This document shows positions 1-15,000 of a DNA stretch of 64,000 nt, piece by piece (within the stretch, counting starts at the first letter, position 1; each line of letters opens with the position of its first letter). The position numbers and the translations under genes were made by a program. Source of the DNA: Eledone cirrhosa (taxonomy: Eukaryota); assembly GCA_964016885.1 (NCBI GenBank), contig OZ024748.1, forward strand, positions 40,672,001 to 40,736,000, in the 5' to 3' direction. The notes below the pieces were generated by a model. The model saw only the letters and a list, made by a program, of their open reading frames with translations. It did not search any database and had not been told where the DNA came from.

Positions 1-3000
1 GAGTCACTGACCTAAGACAAGGTCAACTCTCTATTGAAGGAGTCACTGAACTAATACAAGGTCAACTCTCTATTGAAGGAGTCACTGACCTAAGACAAAG
101 TCAACTCTCTATTGAAGGAGTCACTGACCTAAGACAAGGTCAACTCTCTATTGAAGGAGTCACTGAACTAATACAAGGTCAACTCTCTATTGAAGGAGTC
201 ACTGACCTAAGACAAAGTCAACTCTCTATTGAAGGAGTCACTGACCTAAGACAAGGTCAACTCTCTATTGAAGGAGTCACTGAACTAATACAAGGTCAAC
301 TCTCTATTGAAGGAGTCACTGAACTAAGACAAGGTCAACTCTCTATTGAAGGAGTCACTGAACTAATACAAGGTCAACTCTCTATTGAAGAAGTCACTGA
401 ATTAATACAAGGTCAACTCTCTATTGAAGGAGTCACTGAACTAATAGAAGGTCAACTCTCTATTGAAGAAGTCACTGAACTAATACAAGGTCAACTCTCT
501 ATTGAAGGTGTCACTGAACTAATACAAAGTCAACTCTCTATTGAAGGAGTCACTGACCTAAGACAAAGTCAACTCTCTATTGAAGGAGTCACTGACCTAA
601 GACAAGGTCAACTCTCTATTGAAGGAGTCACTGAACTAATACAAGGTCAACTCTCTATTGAAGAAGTCACTGAACTAATACAAGGTCAACTCTCTATTGA
701 AGGAGTCACTGAACTAATAGAAGGTCAACTCTCTATTGAAGAAGTCACTGAACTAAGACAAGGTCAACTCTCTATTGAAGGAGTCACTGAACTAATACAA
801 GGTCAAATCTCTATTGAAGGAGTCACTGAACTAAGACAAGGTCAACTCTCTATTGAAGGAGTCACTGACCTAAGACAAAGTCAACTCTCTATTGAAGGAG
901 TCACTGAACTAATACAAGGTCAACTCTCAATTGAAGGAGTCACTGAACTAAGACAAGGTCAACTCTCTATTGAAGGAGTCACTGACCTAAGACAAATTCA
1001 ACTCTCTATTGAAGGACTCACTGACCTAAGACAAGGTCAACTCTCTATTGAAGGAGTCACTGACCTAAGATAAAGTCAACTCTCTATTGAAGGAGTCACT
1101 GACCTAAGACAAGGTCAACTCTCTATTGAAGGAGTCACTGAACTAATACAAGGTCAACTCTCTATTGAAGGAGTCACTGAACTAATACAAGGTCAACTCT
1201 CTATTGAAGAAGTCACTGAACTAATACAAGGTCAACTCTCTATTGAAGGAGTCACTGAACTAATAGAAGGTCAACTCTCTATTGAAGAAGTCACTGAACT
1301 AATACAAGGTCAACTCTCTATTGAAGGAGTCACTGAACTAATACAAGGTCAACTCTCTATTGAAGGAGTCACTGAACTAATACAAGGTCAACTCTCTATT
1401 GAAGGAGTCACTGAACTAATACAAGGTCAACTCTCTATTGAAGGAGTCACTGAACTAAGACAAGGTCAACTCTCTATTGAAGGAGTCACTGAACTAATAC
1501 AAGGTCAACTCTCTATTGAAGGAGTCACTGACCTAAGACAAAGTCAACTCTCTATTGAAGGAGTCACTGACCTAAGACAAGGTCAACTCTCTATCGAAGG
1601 AGTCACTGACCTAAGACAAGGTCAACTCTCTATTGAAGGAGTCACTGAACTAAGACAAGGTCAACTCTCTATTGAAGGAGTCACTGAACTAATAGAAGGT
1701 CACCTCTCTATTGAAGAAGTCACTGAACTAATACAAGGTCAACTCTCTATTGAAGGAGTCACTGAACTAATACAAGGTCAAATCTCTATTGAAGGAGTCA
1801 CTGACCTAAGACAAAGTCATCTCTCTATTGAAGGAGTCACTGACCTAAGACAAGCTCAACTCTCTATTGAAGGAGTCACTGAACTAATACAACGTCAACT
1901 CTCTATTGAAGGAGTCACTGACCTAAGACAAGGTCAACTCTCTATTGAAGGAGTCACTGAACTAAGACAAGGTCAACTCTCTATTGAAGGAGTCACTGAA
2001 CTAATACAAGGTCAACTCTCTATTAAAGGAGTCACTGAACTAAGACAAGGTCAACTCTCTATTGAAGGAGTCACTGAACTAATACAAGGTCAACTCTCTA
2101 TTGAAGGAGTCACTGAACTAAGATAAGGTCAACTCTCTATTGAAGGAGTCACTGACCTAAGACAAGCTCAACTCTCTATTGAAGGAGTCACTGAACTAAT
2201 ACAAGGTCAAATCTCTATTGAAGGAGTCACTGAACTAAGACAAGGTCAACTCTCTATTGAAGGAGTCACTGACCTAAGACAAAGTCAACTCTCTATTGAA
2301 GGAGTCACTGAACTAATACAAGGTCAACTCTCAATTGAAGGAGTCACTGACCTAAGACATAGTCAACTCTCTATTGAAGGAGTCACTGAACTAAGACAAG
2401 GTCAACTCTCTATTGAAGGAGTCACTGACCTAAGACAAATTCAAGTCTCTATTGAAGGAGTCACTGACCTAAGACAAGGTCAACTCTCTATTGAAGGAGT
2501 CACTGAACTAATACAAGGTCAAATCTCTATTGAAAGAGTCACTGAACTAAGACAAGGTCAACTCTCTATTGAAGGAGTCACTGACCTAAGACGAAGTCAA
2601 CTCTCTATTGAAGGAGTCACTGAACTAATACAAGGTCAACTCTCTATTGAAGGAGTCACTGACCTAAGACAAAGTCAACTCTCTATTGAAGGAGTCACTG
2701 ACCTAAGACAAGGTCAACTCTCTATTGAAGGAGTCACTGAACTAATACAAGGTCAACTCTCTATTGAAGGAGTCACTGAACTAAGACAAGGTCAACTCTC
2801 TATTGAAGGAGTCACTGAACTAATACAAGGTCAACTCTCTATTGAAGAAGTCACTGAACTAATACAAGGTCAACTCTCTATTGAAGGAGTCACTGAACTA
2901 AGATAAGGTCAACTCTCTATTGAAGGAGTCACTGACCTAAGACAAGGTCAACTCTCTATTGAAGGAGTCACTGAACTAAGACAAGGTCAACTCTCTATTG

Positions 3001-6000
3001 AAGGAGTCACTGAACTAAGATAAGGTCAACTCTCTATTGAAGGAGTCACTAACCTAAGACAAAGTCAACTCTCTATTGAAGGAGTCACTGAACTAATACA
3101 AGGTCAACTCTCTATTGAAGGAGTCACTGAACTAATACAAGGTCAAATCTCTATTGAAAGAGTCACTGAACTAAGACAAGGTCAACTCTCTATTGAAGGA
3201 GTCACTGACCTAAGACGAAGTCAACTCTCTATTGAAGGAGTCACTGAACTAATACAAGGTCAACTCTCTATTGAAGGAGTCACTGACCTAAGACAAAGTC
3301 AACTCTCTATTGAAGGAGTCACTGACCTAAGACAAGGTCAACTCTCTATTGAAGGAGTCACTGAACTAATACAAGGTCAACTCTCTATTGAAGGAGTCAC
3401 TGAACTAAGACAAGGTCAACTCTCTATTGAAGGAGTCACTGAACTAATACAAGGTCAACTCTCTATTGAAGAAGTCACTGAACTAATACAAGGTCAACTC
3501 TCTATTGAAGGAGTCACTGAACTAAGATAAGGTCAACTCTCTATTGAAGGAGTCACTGACCTAAGACAAGGTCAACTCTCTATTGAAGGAGTCACTGAAC
3601 TAAGACAAGGTCAACTCTCTATTGAAGGAGTCACTGAACTAAGATAAGGTCAACTCTCTATTGAAGGAGTCACTAACCTAAGACAAAGTCAACTCTCTAT
3701 TGAAGGAGTCACTGAACTAATACAAGGTCAACTCTCTATTGAAGGAGTCACTGAACTAAGACAAGGTCAACTCTCTATTGAAGGAGTCACTGACCTAAGA
3801 CAAGGTCAACTCTCTATTGAAGGAGTCACTGAACTAAGACAAGGTCAACTCTCTATTGAAGGAGTCACTGACCTAAGACAAGGTCAACTCTCTATTGAAG
3901 GAGTCAATGAACTAAGACAAGGTCAACTCTCTATTGAAGGAGTCACTGAACTAAGATAAGGTCAACTCTCTATTGAAGGAGTCACTGACCTAAGACAAAG
4001 TCAACTCTCTATTGAAGGAGTCACTGAACTAAGACAAGGTCAACTCTCTATTGAAGGAGTCACTGAACTAAGACAAGGTCAACTCTCTATTGAAGGAGTC
4101 ACTGACCTAAGACAAGGTCAACTCTCTATTGAAGGAGTCACTGAACTAAGACAAGGTCAACTCTCTATTGAAGGAGTCACTGAACTAAGACAAGGTCAAC
4201 TCTCTATTGAAGGAGTCACTGACCTAAGACAAGGTCAACTCTCTATTGAAGGAGTCACTGACCTAAGACAAAGTCAACTCTCTATTGAAGGAGTCACTGA
4301 CCTAAGACAAGGTCAACTCTCTATTGAAGGAGTCACTGAACTTATACAAGGTCAAATCTCTATTGAAGGAGTCACTGAACTAAGACAAGGTCAACTCTCT
4401 ATTGAAGGAGTCACTGACCTAAGACAAAGTCAACTCTCTATTGAAGGAGTCACTGACCTAAGACAAGGTCAACTCTCTATTGAAGGAGTCAATGAACTAA
4501 GACAAGGTCAACTCTCTATTGAAGGAGTCACTGAACTAAGATAAGGTCAACTCTCTATTGAAGGAGTCACTGACCTAAGACAAAGTCAACTCTCTATTGA
4601 AGGAGTCACTGAACTAAGACAAGGTCAACTCTCTATTGAAGGAGTCACTGAACTAAGACAAGGTCAACTCTCTATTGAAGGAGTCACTGACCTAAGACAA
4701 GGTCAACTCTCTATTGAAGGAGTCACTGAACTAAGACAAGGTCAACTCTCTATTGAAGGAGTCACTGAACTAAAACAAGGTCAACTCTCTATTGAAGGAG
4801 TCACTGACCTAAGACAAGGTCAACACTCTATTGAAGGAGTCACTGACCTAAGACAAGGTCAACTCTCTATTGAAGGAGTCACTGAACTAATACAAGGTCA
4901 AATCTCTACTGAAGGCGTCGCTGACCTAAGACAAGGTCAACTCTCTATTGAAGGAGTCACTGAACTAATACAAGGTCAACTCTCTATTGAAGGAGTCACT
5001 GAACTAATACAAGGTCAACTCTCTATTGAAGGAGTCACTGAACTAATACAAGGTCAACTCTCTATTGAAGGAGTCACTGAACTAAGACAAGGTCAACTCT
5101 CTATTGAAGGAGTCACTGAACTTATACAAGGTCAAATCTCTATTGAAGGAGTCACTGAACTAAGACAAGGTCAACTCTCTATTGAAGGAGTCACTGACCT
5201 AAGACAAAGTCAACTCTCTATTGAAGGAGTCACTGAACTAATACAAGGTCAACTCTCTATTGAAGGAGTCACTGACCTAAGACAAAGTCAACTCTCTATT
5301 GAAGGAGTCACTGACCTAAGACAAGGTCAACTCTCTATTGAAGGAGTCACTGAACTAATACAAGGTCAACTCTCTATTGAAGGAGTCACTGAACTAAGAC
5401 AAGGTCAACTCTCTATTGAAGGAGTCACTGAACTAATACAAGGTCAACTCTCTATTGAAGGAGTCACTGAACTAAGACAAGGTCAACTCTCTATTGAAGG
5501 AGTCACTGAACTAAGACAAGGTCAACTCTCTATTGAAGGAGTCACTGACCTAAGACAAATTCAACTCTCTATTGAAGGAGTCACTGACCTAAGACAAGGT
5601 CAACTCTCTATTGAAGGAGTCACTGAACTAATACAAGGTCAAATCTCTATTGAAGAAGTCACTGAACTAAGACAAGGTCAACTCTCTATTGAAGGAGTCA
5701 CTGACCTAAGACAAGGTCAACTCTCTATTGAAGGAGTCACTGAACTAATACAAGGTCAAATCTCTATTGAAGGAGTCACTGAACTAAGACAAGGTCAACT
5801 CTCTATTGAAGGAGTCACTGACCTAAGACAAAGTCAACTCTCTATTGAAGGAGTCACTGACCTAAGACAAGGTCAACTCTCTATTGAAGGAGTCACTGAA
5901 CTAATACAAGGTCAACTCTCTATTGAAGGAGTCACTGAACTGAGACAAGGTCAACTCTCTATTGAAGGAGTCACTGAACTAATACAAGGTCAACTCTCTA

Positions 6001-9000
6001 TTGAAGAAGTCACTGAACTAATACAAGGTCAACTCTCTATTGAAGGAGTCACTGAACTAATACAAGGTCAACTCTCTATTGAAGGAGTCACTGAACTAAG
6101 ACAAGGTCAACTCTCTAATGAAGGAGTCACTGAACTAAGACAAGGTCAACTCTCTATTGAAGGAGTCACTGAACTAATACAAGGTCAACTCTCTATTGAA
6201 GCAGTCACTGAACTAAGACAAGGTCAACTCTCTATTGAAGGAGTCACTGACCTAAGACAAAGTCAACTCTCTATTGAAGGAGTCACTGACCTAAGACAAG
6301 GTCAACTCTCTATTGAAGGAGTCACTGAACTAATACAAGGTCAAATCTCTATTGAAGGAGTCACTGAACTAAGACAAGGTCAACTCTCTATTGAAGGAGT
6401 CACTGACCTAAGACAAAGTCAACTCTCTATTGAAGGAGTCACTGAACTAATACAAGGTCAACTCTCAATTGAAGGAGTCACTGAACTAAGACAAGGTCAA
6501 CTCTCTATTGAAGGAGTCACTGACCTAAGACAAATTCAACTCTCTATTGAAGGAGTCACTGAACTAATACAAGGTCAACTCTCTATTGAAGGAGTCACTG
6601 AACTAAGACAAGGTCAACTCTCTATTGAAGGAGTCACTGAACTAATACAAGGTAAACTCTCTATTGAAGAAGTCACTGAACTAATACAAGGTCAACTCTC
6701 TATTGAAGGAGTCACTGAACTAATAGAAGGTCACCTCTCTATTGAAGAAGTCACTGAACTAATACAAGGTCAACTCTCTATTGAAGGAGTCACTGAACTA
6801 ATACAAGGTCAAATCTCTATTGAAGAAGTCACTGAACTAAGACAAGGTCAACTCTCTATTGAAGGAGTCACTGACCTAAGACAAAGTCAACTCTCTATTA
6901 AAGGAGTCACTGAACTAATACCAGGTCAACTCTCTATTGAAGGAGTCACTGACCTAAGACAAAGTCAACTCTCTATTGAAGGAGTCACTGACCTAAGACA
7001 AGGTCAACTCTCTATTGAAGGAGTCACTGAACTAATACAAGGTCAACTCTCTATTGAAGGAGTCACTGAACTAAGACAAGGTCAACTCTCTATTGAAGGA
7101 GTCACTGAACTAATACAAGGTCAACTCTCTATTGAAGAAGTCACTGAATTAATACAAGGTCAACTCTCTATTGAAGGAGTCACTGAACTAATAGAAGGTC
7201 AACTCTCTATTGAAGAAGTCACTGAACTAATACAAGGTCAACTCTCTATTGAAGGTGTCACTGAACTAATACAAAGTCAACTCTCTATTGAAGGAGTCAC
7301 TGACCTAAGACAAAGTCAACTCTCTATTGAAGGAGTCACTGACCTAAGACAAGGTCAACTCTCTATTGAAGGAGTCACTGAACTAATACAAGGTCAACTC
7401 TCTATTGAAGGAGTCACTGAACTAAGACAAGGTCAACTCTCTATTGAAGGAGTCACTGAACTAATACAAGGTCAACTCTCTATTGAAGGAGTCACTAACC
7501 TAAGACAAAGTCAACTCTCTATTGAAGGAGTCACTGAACTAATACAAGGTCAACTCTCTATTGAAGGAGTCACTGAACTAATACAAGGTCAAATCTCTAT
7601 TGAAAGAGTCACTGAACTAAGACAAGGTCAACTCTCTATTGAAGGAGTCACTGACCTAAGACGAAGTCAACTCTCTATTGAAGGAGTCACTGAACTAATA
7701 CAAGGTCAACTCTCTATTGAAGGAGTCACTGACCTAAGACAAAGTCAACTCTCTATTGAAGGAGTCACTGACCTAAGACAAGGTCAACTCTCTATTGAAG
7801 GAGTCACTGAACTAATACAAGGTCAACTCTCTATTGAAGGAGTCACTGAACTAAGACAAGGTCAACTCTCTATTGAAGGAGTCACTGAACTAATACAAGG
7901 TCAACTCTCTATTGAAGAAGTCACTGAACTAATACAAGGTCAACTCTCTATTGAAGGAGTCACTGAACTAAGATAAGGTCAACTCTCTATTGAAGGAGTC
8001 ACTGACCTAAGACAAGGTCAACTCTCTATTGAAGGAGTCACTGAACTAAGACAAGGTCAACTCTCTATTGAAGGAGTCACTGAACTAAGATAAGGTCAAC
8101 TCTCTATTGAAGGAGTCACTAACCTAAGACAAAGTCAACTCTCTATTGAAGGAGTCACTGAACTAATACAAGGTCAACTCTCTATTGAAGGAGTCACTGA
8201 ACTAAGACAAGGTCAACTCTCTATTGAAGGAGTCACTGACCTAAGACAAGGTCAACTCTCTATTGAAGGAGTCACTGAACTAAGACAAGGTCAACTCTCT
8301 ATTGAAGGAGTCACTGACCTAAGACAAGGTCAAGTCTCTATTGAAGGAGTCACTGAACTAAGACAAGGTCAACTCTCTATTGAAGGAGTCACTGACCTAA
8401 GACAAGGTCAACTCTCTATTGAAGGAGTCACTGAACTAAGACAAGGTCAACTCTCTATTGAAGGAGTCACTGAACTAAGACAAGGTCAACTCTCTATTGA
8501 AGGAGTCACTGACCTAAGACAAGGTCAACTCTCTATTGAAGGAGTCACTGACCTAAGACAAAGTCAACTCTCTATTGAAGGAGTCACTGACCTAAGACAA
8601 GGTCAACTCTCTATTGAAGGAGTCACTGAACTTATACAAGGTCAAATCTCTATTGAAGGAGTCACTGAACTAAGACAAGGTCAACTCTCTATTGAAGGAG
8701 TCACTGACCTAAGACAAAGTCAACTCTCTATTGAAGGAGTCACTGACCTAAGACAAGGTCAACTCTCTATTGAAGGAGTCAATGAACTAAGACAAGGTCA
8801 ACTCTCTATTGAAGGAGTCACTGAACTAAGATAAGGTCAACTCTCTATTGAAGGAGTCACTGACCTAAGACAAAGTCAACTCTCTATTGAAGGAGTCACT
8901 GAACTAAGACAAGGTCAACTCTCTATTGAAGGAGTCACTGAACTAAGACAAGGTCAACTCTCTATTGAAGGAGTCACTGACCTAAGACAAGGTCAACTCT

Positions 9001-12000
9001 CTATTGAAGGAGTCACTGAACTAAGACAAGGTCAACTCTCTATTGAAGGAGTCACTGAACTAAAACAAGGTCAACTCTCTATTGAAGGAGTCACTGACCT
9101 AAGACAAGGTCAACACTCTATTGAAGGAGTCACTGACCTAAGACAAGGTCAACTCTCTATTGAAGGAGTCACTGAACTAATACAAGGTCAAATCTCTACT
9201 GAAGGCGTCGCTGACCTAAGACAAGGTCAACTCTCTATTGAAGGAGTCACTGAACTAATACAAGGTCAACTCTCTATTGAAGGAGTCACTGAACTAATAC
9301 AAGGTCAACTCTCTATTGAAGGAGTCACTGAACTAATACAAGGTCAACTCTCTATTGAAGGAGTCACTGAACTAAGACAAGGTCAACTCTCTATTGAAGG
9401 AGTCACTGAACTTATACAAGGTCAAATCTCTATTGAAGGAGTCACTGAACTAAGACAAGGTCAACTCTCTATTGAAGGAGTCACTGACCTAAGACAAAGT
9501 CAACTCTCTATTGAAGGAGTCACTGAACTAATACAAGGTCAACTCTCTATTGAAGGAGTCACTGACCTAAGACAAAGTCAACTCTCTATTGAAGGAGTCA
9601 CTGACCTAAGACAAGGTCAACTCTCTATTGAAGGAGTCACTGACCTAAGACAAAGTCAACTCTCTATTGAAGGAGTCACTGACCTAAGACAAGGTCAACT
9701 CTCTATTGAAGGAGTCACTGAACTAATACAAGGTCAAATCTCTATTGAAGGAGTCACTGAACTAAGACAAGGTCAACTCTCTATTGAAGGAGTCACTGAC
9801 CTAAGACAAAGTCAACTCTCTATTGAAGGAGTCACTGAACTAATACAAGGTCAACTCTCAATTGAAGGAGTCACTGAACTAAGACAAGGTCAACTCTCTA
9901 TTGAAGGAGTCACTGACCTAAGACAAATTCAACTCTCTATTGAAGGAGTCACTGAACTAATACAAGGTCAACTCTCTATTGAAGGAGTCACTGAACTAAG
10001 ACAAGGTCAACTCTCTATTGAAGGAGTCACTGAACTAATACAAGGTAAACTCTCTATTGAAGAAGTCACTGAACTAATACAAGGTCAACTCTCTATTGAA
10101 GGAGTCACTGAACTAATAGAAGGTCACCTCTCTATTGAAGAAGTCACTGAACTAATACAAGGTCAACTCTCTATTGAAGGAGTCACTGAACTAATACAAG
10201 GTCAAATCTCTATTGAAGAAGTCACTGAACTAAGACAAGGTCAACTCTCTATTGAAGGAGTCACTGACCTAAGACAAAGTCAACTCTCTATTAAAGGAGT
10301 CACTGAACTAATACAAGGTCAACTCTCTATTGAAGGAGTCACTGACCTAAGACAAAGTCAACTCTCTATTGAAGGAGTCACTGACCTAAGACAAGGTCAA
10401 CTCTCTATTGAAGGAGTCACTGAACTAATACAAGGTCAACTCTCTATTGAAGGAGTCACTGAACTAAGACAAGGTCAACTCTCTATTGAAGGAGTCACTG
10501 AACTAATACAAGGTCAACTCTCTATTGAAGAAGTCACTGAATTAATACAAGGTCAACTCTCTATTGAAGGAGTCACTGAACTAATAGAAGGTCAACTCTC
10601 TATTGAAGAAGTCACTGAACTAATACAAGGTCAACTCTCTATTGAAGGTGTCACTGAACTAATACAAAGTCAACTCTCTATTGAAGGAGTCACTGACCTA
10701 AGACAAAGTCAACTCTCTATTGAAGGAGTCACTGACCTAAGACAAGGTCAACTCTCTATTGAAGGAGTCACTGAACTAATACAAGGTCAACTCTCTATTG
10801 AAGGAGTCACTGAACTAAGACAAGGTCAACTCTCTATTGAAGGAGTCACTGAACTAATACAAGGTCAACTCTCTATTGAAGGAGTCACTAACCTAAGACA
10901 AAGTCAACTCTCTATTGAAGGAGTCACTGAACTAATACAAGGTCAACTCTCTATTGAAGGAGTCACTGAACTAATACAAGGTCAAATCTCTATTGAAAGA
11001 GTCACTGAACTAAGACAAGGTCAACTCTCTATTGAAGGAGTCACTGACCTAAGACGAAGTCAACTCTCTATTGAAGGAGTCACTGAACTAATACAAGGTC
11101 AACTCTCTATTGAAGGAGTCACTGACCTAAGACAAAGTCAACTCTCTATTGAAGGAGTCACTGACCTAAGACAAGGTCAACTCTCTATTGAAGGAGTCAC
11201 TGAACTAATACAAGGTCAACTCTCTATTGAAGGAGTCACTGAACTAAGACAAGGTCAACTCTCTATTGAAGGAGTCACTGAACTAATACAAGGTCAACTC
11301 TCTATTGAAGAAGTCACTGAACTAATACAAGGTCAACTCTCTATTGAAGGAGTCACTGAACTAAGATAAGGTCAACTCTCTATTGAAGGAGTCACTGACC
11401 TAAGACAAGGTCAACTCTCTATTGAAGGAGTCACTGAACTAAGACAAGGTCAACTCTCTATTGAAGGAGTCACTGAACTAAGATAAGGTCAACTCTCTAT
11501 TGAAGGAGTCACTAACCTAAGACAAAGTCAACTCTCTATTGAAGGAGTCACTGAACTAATACAAGGTCAACTCTCTATTGAAGGAGTCACTGAACTAAGA
11601 CAAGGTCAACTCTCTATTGAAGGAGTCACTGACCTAAGACAAGGTCAACTCTCTATTGAAGGAGTCACTGAACTAAGACAAGGTCAACTCTCTATTGAAG
11701 GAGTCACTGACCTAAGACAAGGTCAAGTCTCTATTGAAGGAGTCACTGAACTAAGACAAGGTCAACTCTCTATTGAAGGAGTCACTGACCTAAGACAAAG
11801 TCAACTCTCTATTGAAGGAGTCACTGACCTAAGACAAGGTCAACTCTCTATTGAAGGAGTCACTGAACTTATACAAGGTCAAATCTCTATTGAAGGAGTC
11901 ACTGAACTAAGACAAGGTCAACTCTCTATTGAAGGAGTCACTGACCTAAGACAAAGTCAACTCTCTATTGAAGGAGTCACTGACCTAAGACAAGGTCAAC

Positions 12001-15000
12001 TCTCTATTGAAGGAGTCAATGAACTAAGACAAGGTCAACTCTCTATTGAAGGAGTCACTGAACTAAGATAAGGTCAACTCTCTATTGAAGGAGTCACTGA
12101 CCTAAGACAAAGTCAACTCTCTATTGAAGGAGTCACTGAACTAAGACAAGGTCAACTCTCTATTGAAGGAGTCACTGAACTAAGACAAGGTCAACTCTCT
12201 ATTGAAGGAGTCACTGACCTAAGACAAGGTCAACTCTCTATTGAAGGAGTCACTGAACTAAGACAAGGTCAACTCTCTATTGAAGGAGTCACTGAACTAA
12301 AACAAGGTCAACTCTCTATTGAAGGAGTCACTGACCTAAGACAAGGTCAACACTCTATTGAAGGAGTCACTGACCTAAGACAAGGTCAACTCTCTATTGA
12401 AGGAGTCACTGAACTAATACAAGGTCAAATCTCTACTGAAGGCGTCGCTGACCTAAGACAAGGTCAACTCTCTATTGAAGGAGTCACTGAACTAATACAA
12501 GGTCAACTCTCTATTGAAGGAGTCACTGAACTAATACAAGGTCAACTCTCTATTGAAGGAGTCACTGAACTAATACAAGGTCAACTCTCTATTGAAGGAG
12601 TCACTGAACTAAGACAAGGTCAACTCTCTATTGAAGGAGTCACTGATCTTATACAAGGTCAAATCTCTATTGAAGGAGTCACTGAACTAAGACAAGGTCA
12701 ACTCTCTATTGAAGGAGTCACTGACCTAAGACAAAGTCAACTCTCTATTGAAGGAGTCACTGAACTAATACAAGGTCAACTCTCTATTGAAGGAGTCACT
12801 GACCTAAGACAAAGTCAACTCTCTATTGAAGGAGTCACTGACCTAAGACAAGGTCAACTCTCTATTGAAGGAGTCACTGAACTAATACAAGGTCAACTCT
12901 CTATTGAAGGAGTCACTGAACTAAGACAAGGTCAACTCTCTATTGAAGGAGTCACTGAACTAATACAAGGTCAACTCTCTATTGAAGGAGTCACTGAACT
13001 AAGACAAGGTCAACTCTCTATTGAAGGAGTCACTGAACTAAGACAAGGTCAACTCTCTATTGAAGGAGTCACTGACCTAAGACAAATTCAACTCTCTATT
13101 GAAGGAGTCACTGACCTAAGACAAGGTCAACTCTCTATTGAAGGAGTCACTGAACTAATACAAGGTCAAATCTCTATTGAAGAAGTCACTGAACTAAGAC
13201 AAGGTCAACTCTCTATTGAAGGAGTCACTGACCTAAGACAAGGTCAACTCTCTATTGAAGGAGTCACTGAACTGAGACAAGGTCAACTCTCTATTGAAGG
13301 AGTCACTGAACTAATACAAGGTCAACTCTCTATTGAAGAAGTCACTGAACTAATACAAGGTCAACTCTCTATTGAAGGAGTCACTGACCTAAGACAAGGT
13401 CAACTCTCTATTGAAGGAGTCACTGAACTAATACAAGGTCAACTCTCTATTGAAGGAGTCACTGAACTAAGACAAGGTCAACTCTCTATTGAAGGAGTCA
13501 CTGAACTAATACAAGGTCAACTCTCTATTGAAGGAGTCACTAACCTAAGACAAAGTCAACTCTCTATTGAAGGAGTCACTGAACTAATACAAGGTCAACT
13601 CTCTATTGAAGGAGTCACTGAACTAATACAAGGTCAAATCTCTATTGAAAGAGTCACTGAACTAAGACAAGGTCAACTCTCTATTGAAGGAGTCACTGAC
13701 CTAAGACGAAGTCAACTCTCTATTGAAGGAGTCACTGAACTAATACAAGGTCAACTCTCTATTGAAGGAGTCACTGACCTAAGACAAAGTCAACTCTCTA
13801 TTGAAGGAGTCACTGACCTAAGACAAGGTCAACTCTCTATTGAAGGAGTCACTGAACTAATACAAGGTCAACTCTCTATTGAAGGAGTCACTGAACTAAG
13901 ACAAGGTCAACTCTCTATTGAAGGAGTCACTGAACTAATACAAGGTCAACTCTCTATTGAAGAAGTCACTGAACTTATACAAGGTCAACTCTCTATTGAA
14001 GGAGTCACTGAACTAAGATAAGGTCAACTCTCTATTGAAGGAGTCACTGACCTAAGACAAGGTCAACTCTCTATTGAAGGAGTCACTGAACTAAGACAAG
14101 GTCAACTCTCTATTGAAGGAGTCACTGAACTAAGATAAGGTCAACTCTCTATTGAAGGAGTCACTAACCTAAGACAAAGTCAACTCTCTATTGAAGGAGT
14201 CACTGAACTAATACAAGGTCAACTCTCTATTGAAGGAGTCACTGAACTAAGACAAGGTCAACTCTCTATTGAAGGAGTCACTGACCTAAGACAAGGTCAA
14301 CTCTCTATTGAAGGAGTCACTGAACTAAGACAAGGTCAACTCTCTATTGAAGGAGTCACTGACCTAAGACAAGGTCAACTCTCTATTGAAGGAGTCAATG
14401 AACTAAGACAAGGTCAACTCTCTATTGAAGGAGTCACTGAACTAAGATAAGGTCAACTCTCTATTGAAGGAGTCACTGACCTAAGACAAAGTCAACTCTC
14501 TATTGAAGGAGTCACTGAACTAAGACAAGGTCAACTCTCTATTGAAGGAGTCACTGAACTAAGACAAGGTCAACTCTCTATTGAAGGAGTCACTGACCTA
14601 AGACAAGGTCAACTCTCTATTGAAGGAGTCACTGAACTAAGACAAGGTCAACTCTCTATTGAAGGAGTCACTGAACTAAGACAAGGTCAACTCTCTATTG
14701 AAGGAGTCACTGACCTAAGACAAGGTCAACTCTCTATTGAAGGAGTCACTGACCTAAGACAAAGTCAACTCTCTATTGAAGGAGTCACTGACCTAAGACA
14801 AGGTCAACTCTCTATTGAAGGAGTCACTGAACTTATACAAGGTCAAATCTCTATTGAAGGAGTCACTGAACTAAGACAAGGTCAACTCTCTATTGAAGGA
14901 GTCACTGAACTAAGACAAGGTCAACTCTCTATTGAAGGAGTCACTGACCTAAGACAAATTCAACTCTCTATTGAAGGAGTCACTGACCTAAGACAAGGTC